In this document: in pieces, positions 17,064 to 25,839 of the stretch | How positions within the stretch are numbered: position 1 is the first letter of the stretch | Layout of the letters: the number at the start of each line of letters is the position of its first letter | DNA from: Dehalococcoidia bacterium | GTDB taxonomy: Bacteria; Chloroflexota; Dehalococcoidia; GIF9; AB-539-J10 | Length of the DNA: 29,867 nt | Reading direction: 5' to 3' | Assembly (NCBI GenBank): GCA_030606385.1 | Contig: JAUWGN010000001.1 | Location: 1 to 29,867 of the forward strand | The notes under the pieces: generated by a model | Database searches by the model: none | Seen by the model: only the letters and a program-made list of their open reading frames with translations | What the model was told of the DNA's origin: nothing | Made by a program: the position numbers and the translations under genes

Positions 17064-17674
17064 GGGAGGAGCTAGGAGCTATCGCTGAAGAAATCCACGC
17101 CTATTTCACCGCTGAGGATGAAGCCAGGGAGAAGGCTTTGCGCCTCTGCCGCCAGATAATTCGCAATAGCGCCAATGCTATAAGGGCTGTTCATCGTCAG
17201 GAGCAGGATAAGGCAAGGCAAATTCTTGACTCAACTTACAAATTGGTTCAGGAGATAAATGGTAGCCTCAATGACCATCCCGGTTTGCTTCATTCGGGAT
17301 TCGTTCATGATGCCCAGAAGGAATTCGCCGAAGGGAGCATCACCTTCGCTTTGATCGTTGGGAAAGAACTCCCCAAAGCTGAGGCAATAGGCGTTGATTA
17401 TGCCGCATATCTCAATGGGCTTGGTGAAGCGGTGGGTGAATTAAGGCGCTACTTACTGGATAGCATGAGGAGAGGGGATTTCTCTCGCTGTGAGGAGTTG
17501 CTCGGTGCCATGGACGATATTTATGGCACATTGATGACTATGGATTTCACTGAAATCATCACGCATGGTTTGAGGCGGACCACGGATGCGATTCGTGGTG
17601 TCATCGAGAGGACTCGCGGCGATGTGACCATGGCTTTGCGGCAAAAGGAGCTGGAAGCAAAGCTGGGCAAATAG
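17051..17674 (+). CDS. Translin/TRAX(C3PO)-like protein
   Basis: RE.ALRLCR.IIR.SA.AIRAVHR, DAQKEFAEG, YLNGLGEAVGELRR and LRR..D..R...ERTRGD motifs of the prokaryotic translin family. Confidence 0.85.
   Translation: MPGLGEELGAIAEEIHAYFTAEDEAREKALRLCRQIIRNSANAIRAVHRQEQDKARQILDSTYKLVQEINGSLNDHPGLLHSGFVHDAQKEFAEGSITFALIVGKELPKAEAIGVDYAAYLNGLGEAVGELRRYLLDSMRRGDFSRCEELLGAMDDIYGTLMTMDFTEIITHGLRRTTDAIRGVIERTRGDVTMALRQKELEAKLGK
17657..17673. repeat. 17-bp perfect direct repeat R (second copy 21099-21115)
   Basis: gcaaagctgggcaaata is identical at both positions. Copy 1 is the 3' end of the translin gene. Confidence 0.85.
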
Positions 17675-17747
17675 TGAATATTTATTCTATAAGGGTGTTT
17701 ATCAATTGAGGATGGTTTGAAGGAAAGAGGGATATAAGGAGGTAGTT

Positions 17748-18266
17748 ATGAAAAACTCGCGGGATGCTGTATTAGAAAGAGCGTTTGAGTCTGCCCGCAA
17801 ATACGAGATGAAGTGTACCGGGTGTGCCCAGACGACCCTTGCTGGCATCTTCGATGCCTTGGATATTGAAAACGATGATGTGTTCCGAAGTGCAAGTGGG
17901 CTGGCAGACGGATTGGGCTTAACAGGGGACGGTTCGTGCGGCGCCCTGGTTGGCGGCGCAATGGCAATCAGTTACCTCTTTGGCAGGGAAAAGAAGGACT
18001 TTTCCGACATGTTAAAACCCATGAGGTCATATATGATGGTCAAGAAGCTTCATGATAGATTTGTTGAACAATATGGGTCATGCCGATGCTATGACATCCA
18101 GAAGCGCCTCATGGGCAGGACTTTTAATCTATATGATCCATCAGAGCTGGAAAAAGCCATTGAGGCTGAGATGTTTGCTCATTGCTCAAAGGTTGCTGGT
18201 ACCGCTGCCAGGCTGGCTACAGAGCTAATACTGGAAGAGATGGAGCGCCAAAAAGCCGAGAAATGA
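17748..18266 (+). CDS. C_GCAxxG_C_C family putative redox-active protein
   Basis: GCAQ..L, GLADGLG..G..CGALVGG, F...YGSCRC.DI and C-terminal C.K motifs. Strong SD. Confidence 0.88.
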   Translation: MKNSRDAVLERAFESARKYEMKCTGCAQTTLAGIFDALDIENDDVFRSASGLADGLGLTGDGSCGALVGGAMAISYLFGREKKDFSDMLKPMRSYMMVKKLHDRFVEQYGSCRCYDIQKRLMGRTFNLYDPSELEKAIEAEMFAHCSKVAGTAARLATELILEEMERQKAEK

Positions 18267-18280
18267 GGGTGTTTAAAAAC

Positions 18281-18330
18281 GTAGTTGCCCAATTTATTGG
18301 GCAAATGCGCCTGATGAATCAGGCAACTAC
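18281..18330. repeat. GTAG...CTAC REP-like palindrome, copy 1 (copy 2 at 28175-28224)
   Basis: 48/50 identical to copy 2. Outer inverted repeat GTAGTTGCC/GGCAACTAC with inner hairpins TGCCCAAT-TT-ATTGGGCA and GCCTGAT-GA-ATCAGGC. Confidence 0.92.
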
Positions 18331-18428
18331 AGAAATTTGGAGGTGAAGAATTTCCGGGGTAGTCAAGACAAATCTGAATCCAAAGCTAGAGCAAGATTAA
18401 ACAGCCGAGAAATAATAAGGAGGTAGCT

Positions 18429-19208
18429 ATGACTCAAGATGTATGGAAGGCGAAAGAAGAGCAATTGAATAGGTATGTAAGGCTGGATACATTCCCTTTG
18501 GGTGTGAACTTCCTGAAAAAGGGAGATGCATTCCCGGAAAAGACAGGGACACCTTCAAGTATGGGGATAAAGATTGCCCTGTGTCAGGCAACAAATATTG
18601 CCAGGAGGTGGGGATGGTCTATGGGGGTGACAAAAGATGACATAAATTGTATCCCGGCACTCATGGGCTTTGGGTGGAGGGAGCCTGAAACCCCGGCCGC
18701 AGTAGTAGATTTCCTTATGAGCATGGGTTATTTTGAGACAAAAGAAGCTGCTATAAAAACCCTTGAGAAAATGATCATAATGGAGCCAGGGCGATTTGAA
18801 CGGCTCTATATCTCCCCCCTTTCAAGGACGAAGCTTGAGCCAGATGTAGTGGTCATATATGGCAATCCGGCACAAATGATGAGACTTGCTCAAGGCTATA
18901 TCTACAGAAAGGGCGGCGTTGTTACCTCTGAGACAAACCTGGGGTTTACCTGCGCAAACGAGATGATATGGCCATTGAAAGAAGGAAAGGCCTGTTTTAT
19001 TCATCCTGGCAGGGGTGAAAGGGTGCTCGGGCTTACACAGGACCACGAGATGGCGTTTAGTCTACCGGCATCTCAGGTGGATGACTTAATAGCAGGACTT
19101 GAGGCAACCCATAAGGGAGGCTCACGCTACCCTGTTCAGAGTTATCTGTTATTTGAGCCCATGCAGATCCCGCAGTTTGAAGAGCTTGAAAAACACCTGA
19201 AGCCCTAG
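18429..19208 (+). CDS. DUF169-family protein
   Basis: PLGVNFLK, ALCQA..IARRWG, D.NC..A...FG, PL.....PDVV.IYGNPAQMMRL.Q and PG.GER..G.TQD.EM.F..P motifs. Confidence 0.85.
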   Translation: MTQDVWKAKEEQLNRYVRLDTFPLGVNFLKKGDAFPEKTGTPSSMGIKIALCQATNIARRWGWSMGVTKDDINCIPALMGFGWREPETPAAVVDFLMSMGYFETKEAAIKTLEKMIIMEPGRFERLYISPLSRTKLEPDVVVIYGNPAQMMRLAQGYIYRKGGVVTSETNLGFTCANEMIWPLKEGKACFIHPGRGERVLGLTQDHEMAFSLPASQVDDLIAGLEATHKGGSRYPVQSYLLFEPMQIPQFEELEKHLKP

Positions 19209-19292
19209 GGGCCTTTTTATCGAATTTGTTCCCATGTTGTTAAGGAAAAGCCGAAGTCAAGCAAAAAAAGACGAGAAGGGAGGTGATGTATC

Positions 19293-20762
19293 ATGCCATT
19301 GAAAACCCCTGCAGAGTATATCGAGAGTCTGCGTAAGCTGAAACTGGACCTCTATCTACTTGGTGAAAAGGTGGAGAATTGGGTTGATAATCCTATTATC
19401 AGACCATCAATCAACGCTGTGGCAATGACCTACAAGCTTGCTCACGAGCCCAAGAACAAGGAGCTGGCAACCACGGATTCGATGCTTACAGGAAAGAAGG
19501 TAAACAGATTTAACTCTCTCTTCACGAGCACCGGTGATATGGTCAGTAAGGTAAGATTACAGAGGGAGCTGGGACAAAGGACAGCCTGTTGTTTCCAGAG
19601 GTGCGTTGGTCTTGACGGGATCAATGCTGTTTTTAGTACCACCCACGAAATTGACCAGGAGCACGGAACCAAGTATCACCACAGGTTTAGAGAGTGGCTG
19701 AAGTATGTTCAACAGAATGACCTCTGTGTCCAGGGTGCCATGACCGATGCCAAGGGCAACCGGGTGGTGGCTCCAAGCAAGCAGACTGACCCAGACATGT
19801 TTGTGCATGTGGTAGAGCGAAGGAGTGATGGAATCATCATAAGGGGGGCAAAAGCAAGTCAAACGGGAACCGTGAATTCACATGAAATGCTCATTATGCC
19901 AACCCTGAGAATGCGGGACGGCGATGAGGATTATTCACTAAGCTGTGCTATACCAACGGACGCTGAAGGCGTACACCTCATCTATGGAAGACAGTCCTGT
20001 GATACGCGCAAGCTTGAGGATGGTGACATCGATGTCGGCAACTACAGCTTCGGTGGACAGGAGACACTGACTATCCTGGACAACGTCTTTGTCCCGTGGG
20101 ATAGGGTTTTCATGTGCGGGGAGCTCGAATTTGCCATTATGATGGTGGAGAGATTCGCCGCTTATCATAGACAGAGCTACGGCGGTTGTAAGCCGGGCAT
20201 AGGTGATGTGCTTATTGGGGCGGCGGCCTCAATGGCTGATTACAACGGGACACGCAGAGCCCCGCACATCAGAGAGAAGCTCGGGGAGATGATTCACCTC
20301 GCTGAAACGATACATGCCTGCGGATTAGCCTGCGCCTACGAGGGGTGGCAGACTATGTCTGGCAACTACCAGTCCAACATCCTTTTAGCCAATGTATGTA
20401 AGCACAATGTGACGAGGTTTCCCTACGAGCTTTGCAGGCTTGCCGAGGACATAGCCGGCGGTATTCTGGTAACGCTGCCCTCCGAAAAAGACTTCAGGCA
20501 CCCTGTGATGGGCAAATATATCGATAAATACCTGAAGGGAGTACCTGATGTACCTACAGAGCACCGAATCCGTATGTTGACGCTCATCCACGCCATGACT
20601 TTTGGCCAAATAGCTCCCAGTTATCGCACAGAGTCGCTACATGGAGCAGGCTCGCCTCAGGCACAGAAAATTATGATTGAGCGCGAGACGGATATGGACC
20701 TCAAACAGAGGCTCGCCCGCAGTTTGGCTGGCATCGACAAAAGGGAAAACGTGACTGCTTAG
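19293..20762 (+). CDS. abfD: 4-hydroxybutyryl-CoA dehydratase / vinylacetyl-CoA isomerase
   Basis: CFQRCVGLD (two Fe-S Cys), HRQSYGGCK (His and Cys ligands), MTDAKG.R, RGAK and ESLHGAGSPQAQK motifs. Confidence 0.85.
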   Translation: MPLKTPAEYIESLRKLKLDLYLLGEKVENWVDNPIIRPSINAVAMTYKLAHEPKNKELATTDSMLTGKKVNRFNSLFTSTGDMVSKVRLQRELGQRTACCFQRCVGLDGINAVFSTTHEIDQEHGTKYHHRFREWLKYVQQNDLCVQGAMTDAKGNRVVAPSKQTDPDMFVHVVERRSDGIIIRGAKASQTGTVNSHEMLIMPTLRMRDGDEDYSLSCAIPTDAEGVHLIYGRQSCDTRKLEDGDIDVGNYSFGGQETLTILDNVFVPWDRVFMCGELEFAIMMVERFAAYHRQSYGGCKPGIGDVLIGAAASMADYNGTRRAPHIREKLGEMIHLAETIHACGLACAYEGWQTMSGNYQSNILLANVCKHNVTRFPYELCRLAEDIAGGILVTLPSEKDFRHPVMGKYIDKYLKGVPDVPTEHRIRMLTLIHAMTFGQIAPSYRTESLHGAGSPQAQKIMIERETDMDLKQRLARSLAGIDKRENVTA

Positions 20763-20769
20763 TTTCCAT

Positions 20770-21042
20770 ATGAACAAACATATCGAAGAGAAATTCAGTT
20801 GGCTCTGGAAAAAGTATTTCGACGGTGCGGAACTTCCGGTTACTTTCTACTATACCAACGAAGAAGGACATGCTAAGCTGGTCGAGCCCGGCTCAGTACC
20901 AGGATGTGTGGTTGAGGCATTAAATGTACTCACATTCTCAGTACCTATGAACAAGTTTGTCAGGATGATTGAGAATATGGAGGAGAGTTTCCTTATCACA
21001 GACTCGTGGCTCAGGATACGGAAAAGGATAAAATCCGCTTGA
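20770..21042 (+). pseudogene. Internally deleted DUF169-like gene (N- and C-termini joined in frame, 90 aa)
   Basis: The N-terminus (KF..LWKKYF.GAELP.TFYYT...C) and C-terminus (VLTFSVPM.KF.RM.ENMEESFLIT.SW) match the ends of a recalled ~260-aa DUF169-related family. The middle is missing. Confidence 0.65.
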
Positions 21043-21098
21043 ACGAAAGTCCGTATTGTTTGGCTAGCTCTGCTGAGCTTCTTCTTGCTAGCGAAGAG

Positions 21099-21115
21099 GC
21101 AAAGCTGGGCAAATA
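21099..21115. repeat. 17-bp direct repeat R, copy 2
   Basis: Identical to 17657-17673 and abutting repeat X1. Confidence 0.85.
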
Positions 21116-21176
21116 CTCTTAAGAGCAAATTTCAGCAAGCGGCGATAAAGCTTCCCAAGCTTGAACAAAATAGCCG
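21114..21176. repeat. 63-bp imperfect direct repeat X, copy 1 (copy 2 at 22501-22563)
   Basis: Ungapped alignment, 53/63 identical. The copies flank the MFS gene. Confidence 0.9.
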
Positions 21177-21240
21177 TTCGTTACCATAAAGGAATCTCAA
21201 AGAGGAGTATGGGCTATCTTACGAAATTAAGGTACAGAGG

Positions 21241-22464
21241 ATGGTAGAGCAGAAATGGGCATACAGGCGACATATGCTTGTCTATTTTTGCTTGATAGCT
21301 TGCTTTCTTAATGGCTTAAACATAGGTGTGGTGCCTCCTCTGTTGCCTGAGATTGCTGCTGAATTAAGTTTGACACATACCCAGATAGGAATCATCTGGG
21401 GCGCATGGTTTCTAGGGATGATGCTATTCTCGCTTGTAGGCGGCGCTATGGCCGATCGCTTTGGAGTGAAAAGAGTAATAGCGGGTGCGCTTATTTTTTC
21501 AGCCGTATTCTGTGCTCTGCGCGGCTTTATGCCCGGCTTCCAGGGATTGACGGTGGCTATGTTCCTTTTCGGTGCATCTCTGGCTTTCATCGTGCCTAAT
21601 CTAACAAAGGGTATTGGCATGTGGTTCGGTAGAACGGAGCTAGGACGGGCTAATGGAATACTTAGCATATCAGTTGGCGTGGGTCTGGTTCTTGGGAATA
21701 TGATGGGTGCCTCGGTGCTATCCCCGCTCCTTGGTGGCTGGAGACCAACGATGTGGTTAACCGGGGCTATTGCTGCGGTGCTTTTCATCATGTGGATTGC
21801 AGGGGCTAGAGAGCGACCGGTCGAGGAAATAGCGGGTGAAGGTGCAGCACGTCAACCGGGAACCTGGGAGGGCTTGAAGAAGGTCGTCAGGATTAAGGAC
21901 CTCTGGTTTGTATGTTTAATGGAATTCTGCCTGGTCGGTGGCGCTCTTGCTTTCCAGGGCTTTCTCCCGACCATGCTAGTTGAAAAAGGGATGACTGCTG
22001 CAAGGGCTGGGCTTCTTCTTGGATTCACCCTGATGAGCAGCGGTGTCTTTAGTGTCGTGGGGCCATCTCTGTCGGATAGGCTCGGTGTCAGGAAGCCCTT
22101 TGTGTGGCCTTTTTTGCTGCTAAGCAGCGTAGGTATGTCCCTGGTAACCTTTTTTATGGGTAGACCCTTGATTGCTGTGCTGATTTTGTTCGCTGTGGGT
22201 GTAGGAGTCGCCATTCCCCTGTTAAGAACCATAGTGTTGGAAATGGAGGGTATCGGTCCCCTTCATACGGGCTCTGCGCTCGGGCTGATTTTCGTGCTAA
22301 ACCGTCTTGGCGCATTTATCCTGCCCGTCGTCATGGGGGCGGTCATAGACTTTAGCCATTTGTTTTGGCCCGGATTCCTGTTGCTCGGAGTATTGAACCT
22401 TGTAGCTGTGAGACTGTGTTTAGCGATAAAGGAAACGGGGCTGCGCGCTAAGCGAGTTTCCTGA
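21241..22464 (+). CDS. Major facilitator superfamily transporter
   Basis: About 12 hydrophobic segments, motif A twice (GAMADRFGVKR, SLSDRLGVRK) and WF...ELGRANG. Confidence 0.93.
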   Translation: MVEQKWAYRRHMLVYFCLIACFLNGLNIGVVPPLLPEIAAELSLTHTQIGIIWGAWFLGMMLFSLVGGAMADRFGVKRVIAGALIFSAVFCALRGFMPGFQGLTVAMFLFGASLAFIVPNLTKGIGMWFGRTELGRANGILSISVGVGLVLGNMMGASVLSPLLGGWRPTMWLTGAIAAVLFIMWIAGARERPVEEIAGEGAARQPGTWEGLKKVVRIKDLWFVCLMEFCLVGGALAFQGFLPTMLVEKGMTAARAGLLLGFTLMSSGVFSVVGPSLSDRLGVRKPFVWPFLLLSSVGMSLVTFFMGRPLIAVLILFAVGVGVAIPLLRTIVLEMEGIGPLHTGSALGLIFVLNRLGAFILPVVMGAVIDFSHLFWPGFLLLGVLNLVAVRLCLAIKETGLRAKRVS

Positions 22465-22500
22465 ACCGAAGACAATAGGGTTGCTTGCGCAGTGAGCACC

Positions 22501-22563
22501 TATTCTTAATACCAAACTTCGGCAAGCGACGATAAAGCTTCCCAAGCCTGAACAAGATGGCGG
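22501..22563. repeat. 63-bp direct repeat X, copy 2
   Basis: 53/63 identical to 21114-21176 and 12 nt upstream of repeat Y1. Confidence 0.9.
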
Positions 22564-22575
22564 ATTGTGCAATCC

Positions 22576-22694
22576 CATGGGTGACTTTCCTTGAGTATTA
22601 TAGAGGAGGCCCATCACTGTGACGGCATCAAGACTACCTACGATGGGTGGAAGTATGTTTTAATGTATAGAAGTATCAACTTTGAAGGAGCGAT
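22576..22694. repeat. 119-bp direct repeat Y, copy 1 (duplicate of the rplY upstream region)
   Basis: Ungapped, 113/119 identical to 23882-24000, with the last 77 nt identical. It includes TATTAT and the SD GAAGGAG. Confidence 0.95.
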
Positions 22695-22782
22695 GACGGA
22701 TGAGAATGGCCTCACCGCAAATTGAAATGGGAAATCCCGCCTAAATTGTTACCTTCAATTCCATTCTAGAAAGGAGAAATCC

Positions 22783-23619
22783 ATGAATTTCGAGCAATTG
22801 CTATACGAGGAGAAGCACCGAGTGGCATTTGTCACACTGAACCGACCAGAAGTCTTTAATGCCTTGAGCATGAAGCTTTCAGATGAGCTTGTTGCTGCCA
22901 TAGAAATGGTGCGTGAATCTACTGTCGTGAAAATTCTGGTGATTAAAGGTGCTGGAGACAACTTTTGCGTTGGCGATGACATTACAGAAATGCCGATGTG
23001 GGGCGACGCCAACAGTGTAATGCGCCGTGCTCGATACTACCAGAACATGGCTAACCAGCTTGAAGAGCTGGACAAAATAACCATAGCCGCAGTGGACGGC
23101 TACGCGGTAGGGGGCGGTCTTGAGATTACCATGGCATGCGATTTTGTCATTGCCACAGAACGAGCTCGCTGGGGGATGCCGGAAGTAGATGTCGGAATTA
23201 CCCCTGGTTGGGGTGGGACCACCCGTCTTGCCCGCTTAATCGGCAGGCGTATGGCCAAAGAGATCAATATGCTGGGTGCACTTCACCGGGCAAAGAAGGC
23301 AGTCGAATTGACTCTCTGGAATAGGGTGGTGCCAAATGACCGTTTAGAGGTTGAGTTGGACCGATTATTGCAGGTACTGCGGTCGAAGAACCAGCAAGGA
23401 CTGCGGCAACTGAAGTTCATAATCAATAAGGGAGTGGAATGTGACCTGTATACTGCCCAGGGCTTTGAAGCGTTGTCTGCTGCACTTACGGGCGCTGTCA
23501 GTGGACTGTGGGAAATAGAGGATGCTGACAAAGGTGCGGGTGTTGTGGGGTTCACTGAGAAAGACAGCCTTTGGCAAACCCGACGACGCTTGGCGAGAGA
23601 TTTTTGGGTTGACAAATAA
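22783..23619 (+). CDS. Enoyl-CoA hydratase/isomerase (crotonase) family protein
   Basis: VTLNRPEVFNALS, FCVGDDI, IAAVDGYAVGGGLEI..ACDF and GMPEVDVGITPGWGGT.RL.RLIG motifs. Confidence 0.93.
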   Translation: MNFEQLLYEEKHRVAFVTLNRPEVFNALSMKLSDELVAAIEMVRESTVVKILVIKGAGDNFCVGDDITEMPMWGDANSVMRRARYYQNMANQLEELDKITIAAVDGYAVGGGLEITMACDFVIATERARWGMPEVDVGITPGWGGTTRLARLIGRRMAKEINMLGALHRAKKAVELTLWNRVVPNDRLEVELDRLLQVLRSKNQQGLRQLKFIINKGVECDLYTAQGFEALSAALTGAVSGLWEIEDADKGAGVVGFTEKDSLWQTRRRLARDFWVDK

Positions 23620-23826
23620 TCTATGCATTCCCACATAGCAGGAACTTCGTCTTGGACAAGAGGAGGATAGAAGGATAGAGGTTTGCATATTAACATCGGA
23701 CAAATCAGTGCAAGAATCACAAGTTGGGGGGGTAAGTCGATTGAGGAGTACATTACTGACTTAGAAGGACCGCAAGGGCGCGAACCAAGGCGGCCAACAT
23801 GAGGTCGTTGAGCCCTCAGATTATCG

Positions 23827-23848
23827 GAGCCGTTGGAGCGGCTCTTTT
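23827..23848 (+). terminator. Possible intrinsic terminator
   Basis: GAGCCG-ttggag-CGGCTC followed by TTTT. The U-tract is short. Confidence 0.4.
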
Positions 23849-23881
23849 CGCTACTGACAAAGCCAGAAAGCTCCGCAGCCT

Positions 23882-24000
23882 CATGGGTGACTTTCCCTGA
23901 GTATTATAGGCGAGTCCCGTCATTGTGACGGCATCAAGACTACCTACGATGGGTGGAAGTATGTTTTAATGTATAGAAGTATCAACTTTGAAGGAGCGAT
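23882..24000 (+). repeat. 119-bp direct repeat Y, copy 2 (native rplY promoter/leader)
   Basis: Immediately upstream of the rplY ATG (24004). It contains the hairpin CCGTCA-ttg-TGACGG (23917-23931). Confidence 0.95.
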
Positions 24001-24003
24001 TGG

Positions 24004-24639
24004 ATGGACCAGATAGAGTTAGATGTTACTAAGCGGGAGATTCTGGGTAAGAAAGTGAGGTTTTTGCGTCGGCAGGGGATTACCCCGGTGCATCTTTTTG
24101 GGCATGGTATCGAATCACAGGCATTGCAATGTGATACTGCCAGGCTTCAGCAGGTGTTAGCTGAGGCAGGGAAGACGAAGCTAATCAATTTCAAGATCGA
24201 TGGTGAAAAGAAGGCGAGGTCCGTTATAGTTCGTGAAGTTGAGATAGAGCTGCCAAGACGTGGATTGGTGCATGTAGATTTTTATCAGGTAAGAAAGGCG
24301 GAAGAAGTGAAGGTAGAAGTTCCTGTTGTTTTAGTTGGGGAAGCGCCAGCGTTGAAGTTAAGGGAGAATACGCTACTGCAAGAGCTCGACACCTTGAGCG
24401 TTGAGTGCCTTCCGGCCAATATTCCTGCGAGTGTAGAACTAGACATCAGTTCCCTCACCGAGTCAGAGCAAGTGCTGCGGGTGAAGGATATTGAGCTGGA
24501 GAAGGGGGTTACCGTTCTTAATGACCCGGAAGTGGTAGTGGCGAAGATTAGTGCGCGACGTGTAGAGGAGGTAGTAGAAGAAGCGGTTGAAGCTCCCGAA
24601 GAAGCCCCGCCACCTGAAGAGGAGTCCAGGGAGGAATAA
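24004..24639 (+). CDS. rplY: 50S ribosomal protein L25 / general stress protein Ctc
   Basis: LRRQGITP.HLFGHG, VHVDFYQV, VEVPVVLVGEA, LSVECLPANIP..VELDISSL motifs and an acidic tail. Confidence 0.96.
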   Translation: MDQIELDVTKREILGKKVRFLRRQGITPVHLFGHGIESQALQCDTARLQQVLAEAGKTKLINFKIDGEKKARSVIVREVEIELPRRGLVHVDFYQVRKAEEVKVEVPVVLVGEAPALKLRENTLLQELDTLSVECLPANIPASVELDISSLTESEQVLRVKDIELEKGVTVLNDPEVVVAKISARRVEEVVEEAVEAPEEAPPPEEESREE

Positions 24640-25724
24640 TGATAAAGACGAAGCTCTGTGAGTTATTGGGGATAGAATATCCCATAATACAAGCAGGCAT
24701 GGGACCATTTCAAACGCAGAAACTGGCTGAAGCAGTGGCAAATGCTGGGGCACTCGGGATTATCAGCACCAGTGGCATCATTTTCGGTAGTTTAGGAATA
24801 GATTTAGGTCCCCTGACGGCAGGAAAGGGTGGCTCATACGATACGGTAACAAAGTACATCCGCGAGGTAGGTAAAGGCACAAGAAAAAAGGGAGCAACCT
24901 TTGGAATAAACGTTATGGTATCGGCTGAGCTTGGCGCGCCGGCAATGGAGTTTGTCCGAGCGGCAGTCAATGCGCGGGACGAGGACCCCGATATAAGGGA
25001 AGGACTCAAAGTGATAATCACTTCAGCGGGCGACCCTTTGCCCTGGACCGATGTGATAAAGTCAAGCGGGCTCAAATGGTTTCACGTTGTTCCTTCAGTT
25101 CGTCACGCCAAAAGGGCTGAAAAAGCTGGGGTAGATGCGGTAATCGCTTCAGGGCATGAGGGTGGAGGGCACGTAGCCTGGGAGCCAGTTCATACAATGG
25201 CTATTCTTCCTTCAGTGGTCAACGCCGTGGATGTGCCTGTGATTGGGGCCGGTGGATTTTGTGATGGAGCAACGCTCGCCGCAGCTCTTGCTTTAGGAGC
25301 CGTAGGGATTCAGATGGGTACCAGATTCATTGGTACAAAAGAGGCCGATACCTGTTTTGGGGACATATGGAAGAATCGGCTTTTGAAAACCGATGATCGA
25401 AGCACAATAGTAGCGAGAGGCTTTGTTGGTCCTTTAAGGTATCTGAGAAATGAAGCATCTGTTCAACTTGCCAAACTCACGGTTGAGAAAGTTCCCGATT
25501 TGTTTGTGGGTCACCCTGATATAACCCTGGACCAGGCTCTTCTTGCCACGGAACTGGAAGGACATAAGGCTCTGGCAGGACAGAATGATGAGAAGGCACT
25601 TTTTTACGGAGGAGAAGTGGCAGGAAGAATACAGGATATTCCAAGTGTGAAGGAACTTATAGAAAGAATGGTGGAGGAGGCGGAGGATATAATAAAAGAG
25701 TTACCCGGGAAGGTTATCGTTTAA
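24639..25724 (+). CDS. Nitronate monooxygenase / FabK-like FMN-dependent oxidoreductase
   Basis: KTKLCELLGIEYPIIQAGM, ASGHEGGGH, VPVIGAGG..DG..LAAALALGA.GIQMGTRF and GEVAGRI motifs. TAATG overlap with rplY. Confidence 0.9.
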   Translation: MIKTKLCELLGIEYPIIQAGMGPFQTQKLAEAVANAGALGIISTSGIIFGSLGIDLGPLTAGKGGSYDTVTKYIREVGKGTRKKGATFGINVMVSAELGAPAMEFVRAAVNARDEDPDIREGLKVIITSAGDPLPWTDVIKSSGLKWFHVVPSVRHAKRAEKAGVDAVIASGHEGGGHVAWEPVHTMAILPSVVNAVDVPVIGAGGFCDGATLAAALALGAVGIQMGTRFIGTKEADTCFGDIWKNRLLKTDDRSTIVARGFVGPLRYLRNEASVQLAKLTVEKVPDLFVGHPDITLDQALLATELEGHKALAGQNDEKALFYGGEVAGRIQDIPSVKELIERMVEEAEDIIKELPGKVIV

Positions 25725-25839
25725 CGGGTTACTGGCTCCGCAGGATGCAAAGCGTCCTGGAGAGGCTGCAAAGCTGACAGATGGGCCGATGGGAAGTAAA
25801 ATTAGCGTGTTCAGCCTATCAAGATAAGGAGGAACAACC

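Noticed and set aside
18254-18413. 11-bp direct repeat AGCCGAGAAAT (18254 and 18403) around the REP, a possible target-site duplication
   Set aside because: About one such close 11-mer pair is expected by chance in 30 kb, and it does not abut the REP ends.
23620-23820. Possible gene remnant or ncRNA between the crotonase and Y2
   Set aside because: Only short frames with no recognisable motif are present, and there is no match to tmRNA, RNase P, SRP or 6S hallmarks that I could support.
23820-23850. Group II intron domain V (GAGCCG...)
   Set aside because: It forms only a simple 6-bp hairpin. The rest of the domain V/VI consensus and any RT gene are absent.
21114-24000. Integron with attC sites
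   Set aside because: The repeats differ from one another, lack RYYYAAC/GTTRRRY ends, and there is no intI-like integrase in the window.
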